Shown one piece after another: positions 63,715 through 64,000 of a stretch of 64,000 nucleotides of DNA (positions are counted from its first letter, which is position 1; each line of letters starts with the position of its first letter). This stretch comes from an uncultured Actinomycetes bacterium. GTDB lineage: Bacteria; Actinomycetota; Thermoleophilia; UBA2241. The stretch lies in NCBI GenBank assembly GCA_963755025.1, contig CAVWIH010000033.1:73472-137471 (forward strand). Direction: 5' to 3'. The position numbers were made by a program, and so were the translations under genes. The notes under the pieces are model-generated. The model did not search any database. It saw nothing but the letters and a program-made list of their open reading frames with translations, and was not told where the DNA came from.

Positions 63715-64000
63715 ATGACACGACTCCTTAGCCTTGTGGGGCTCGCCGCCCTGTTACTGATGGTTGCCTCGTGCGGTGCTCACCTAAAGGTCACGTACAT
63801 CGGCAACTCCTCTCCGGCTGTGACGGTCGAGGACACGACCACCATCGCTTCCTCGATCCCCAACGTCACCTTCCTAAGCCCCCTCACCTCCTCAAGGAGT
63901 CAGGTCTGGGTTTTTGACATCATCCCGAGCGGCAGCCCGAGCGGAGCCCTGGCGCTTCAGTCGGTTCACGACGGACGCGTGAAGACCCTGGGGGCGCTTC
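63715..64000 (+). CDS. Predicted lipoprotein (3' truncated by window; absent from ORF track)
   Basis: GGAGG SD; MTRLLSLVGLAALLLMVAS-CGAH lipobox; frame open to window end. Confidence 0.7.
   Translation, partial: MTRLLSLVGLAALLLMVASCGAHLKVTYIGNSSPAVTVEDTTTIASSIPNVTFLSPLTSSRSQVWVFDIIPSGSPSGALALQSVHDGRVKTLGAL

Larger units (their letters stand above)
58239..64000. mobile_element. Integrated prophage/satellite-like element at tRNA-Leu (right end beyond window)
   Basis: Integrase next to the tRNA 3' end, HTH, Xis-like, phage Rep and DnaC-like genes; visibly lower GC and different codon usage. Confidence 0.85.

Overview
Very GC-rich bacterial chromosome segment. Gene content and style suggest a deep-branching actinobacterium such as Thermoleophilia; this is inference. 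1-12.9 kb: dcw cluster (ftsI end, murE, murF, mraY, murD, ftsW, murG, murC, ftsQ, ftsZ). 13-15.7 kb: secD-secF. 15.7-27 kb: accessory block with two STAS proteins around a double zinc-finger protein, a DUF420 / GT-C glycosyltransferase / unknown protein / three B12-radical-SAM cluster, trmO, and a lower-GC DUF5343-like + HEPN (TIGR02391-like) pair abutting tRNA-Ala. 27-50 kb: housekeeping run leuS, comEA, comEC, holA, rpsT, murJ, lepA, hemW, hrcA, dnaJ, prmA, mtaB, HIT, yqeY, phoH, ybeY, dgkA, cdd, era, deoC. 50-58 kb: envelope and metabolic genes plus an Rpf/SLT-like gene with a structured leader. 58.1-64 kb: tRNA-Leu(CAA) followed by the left part of an integrated phage-satellite-like element. 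Many essential genes carry single-base frameshifts, most likely long-read assembly errors. Best candidates for undescribed biology: the triple B12-rSAM/GT-C cluster, the DUF5343-HEPN pair, an array of CTC-N11-GAG operator-like boxes in the dcw cluster, the Rpf-like leader RNA, the CI-less integrated element, and pervasive in-frame tandem micro-duplications. All family assignments come from motif recognition by eye; no database search was run.
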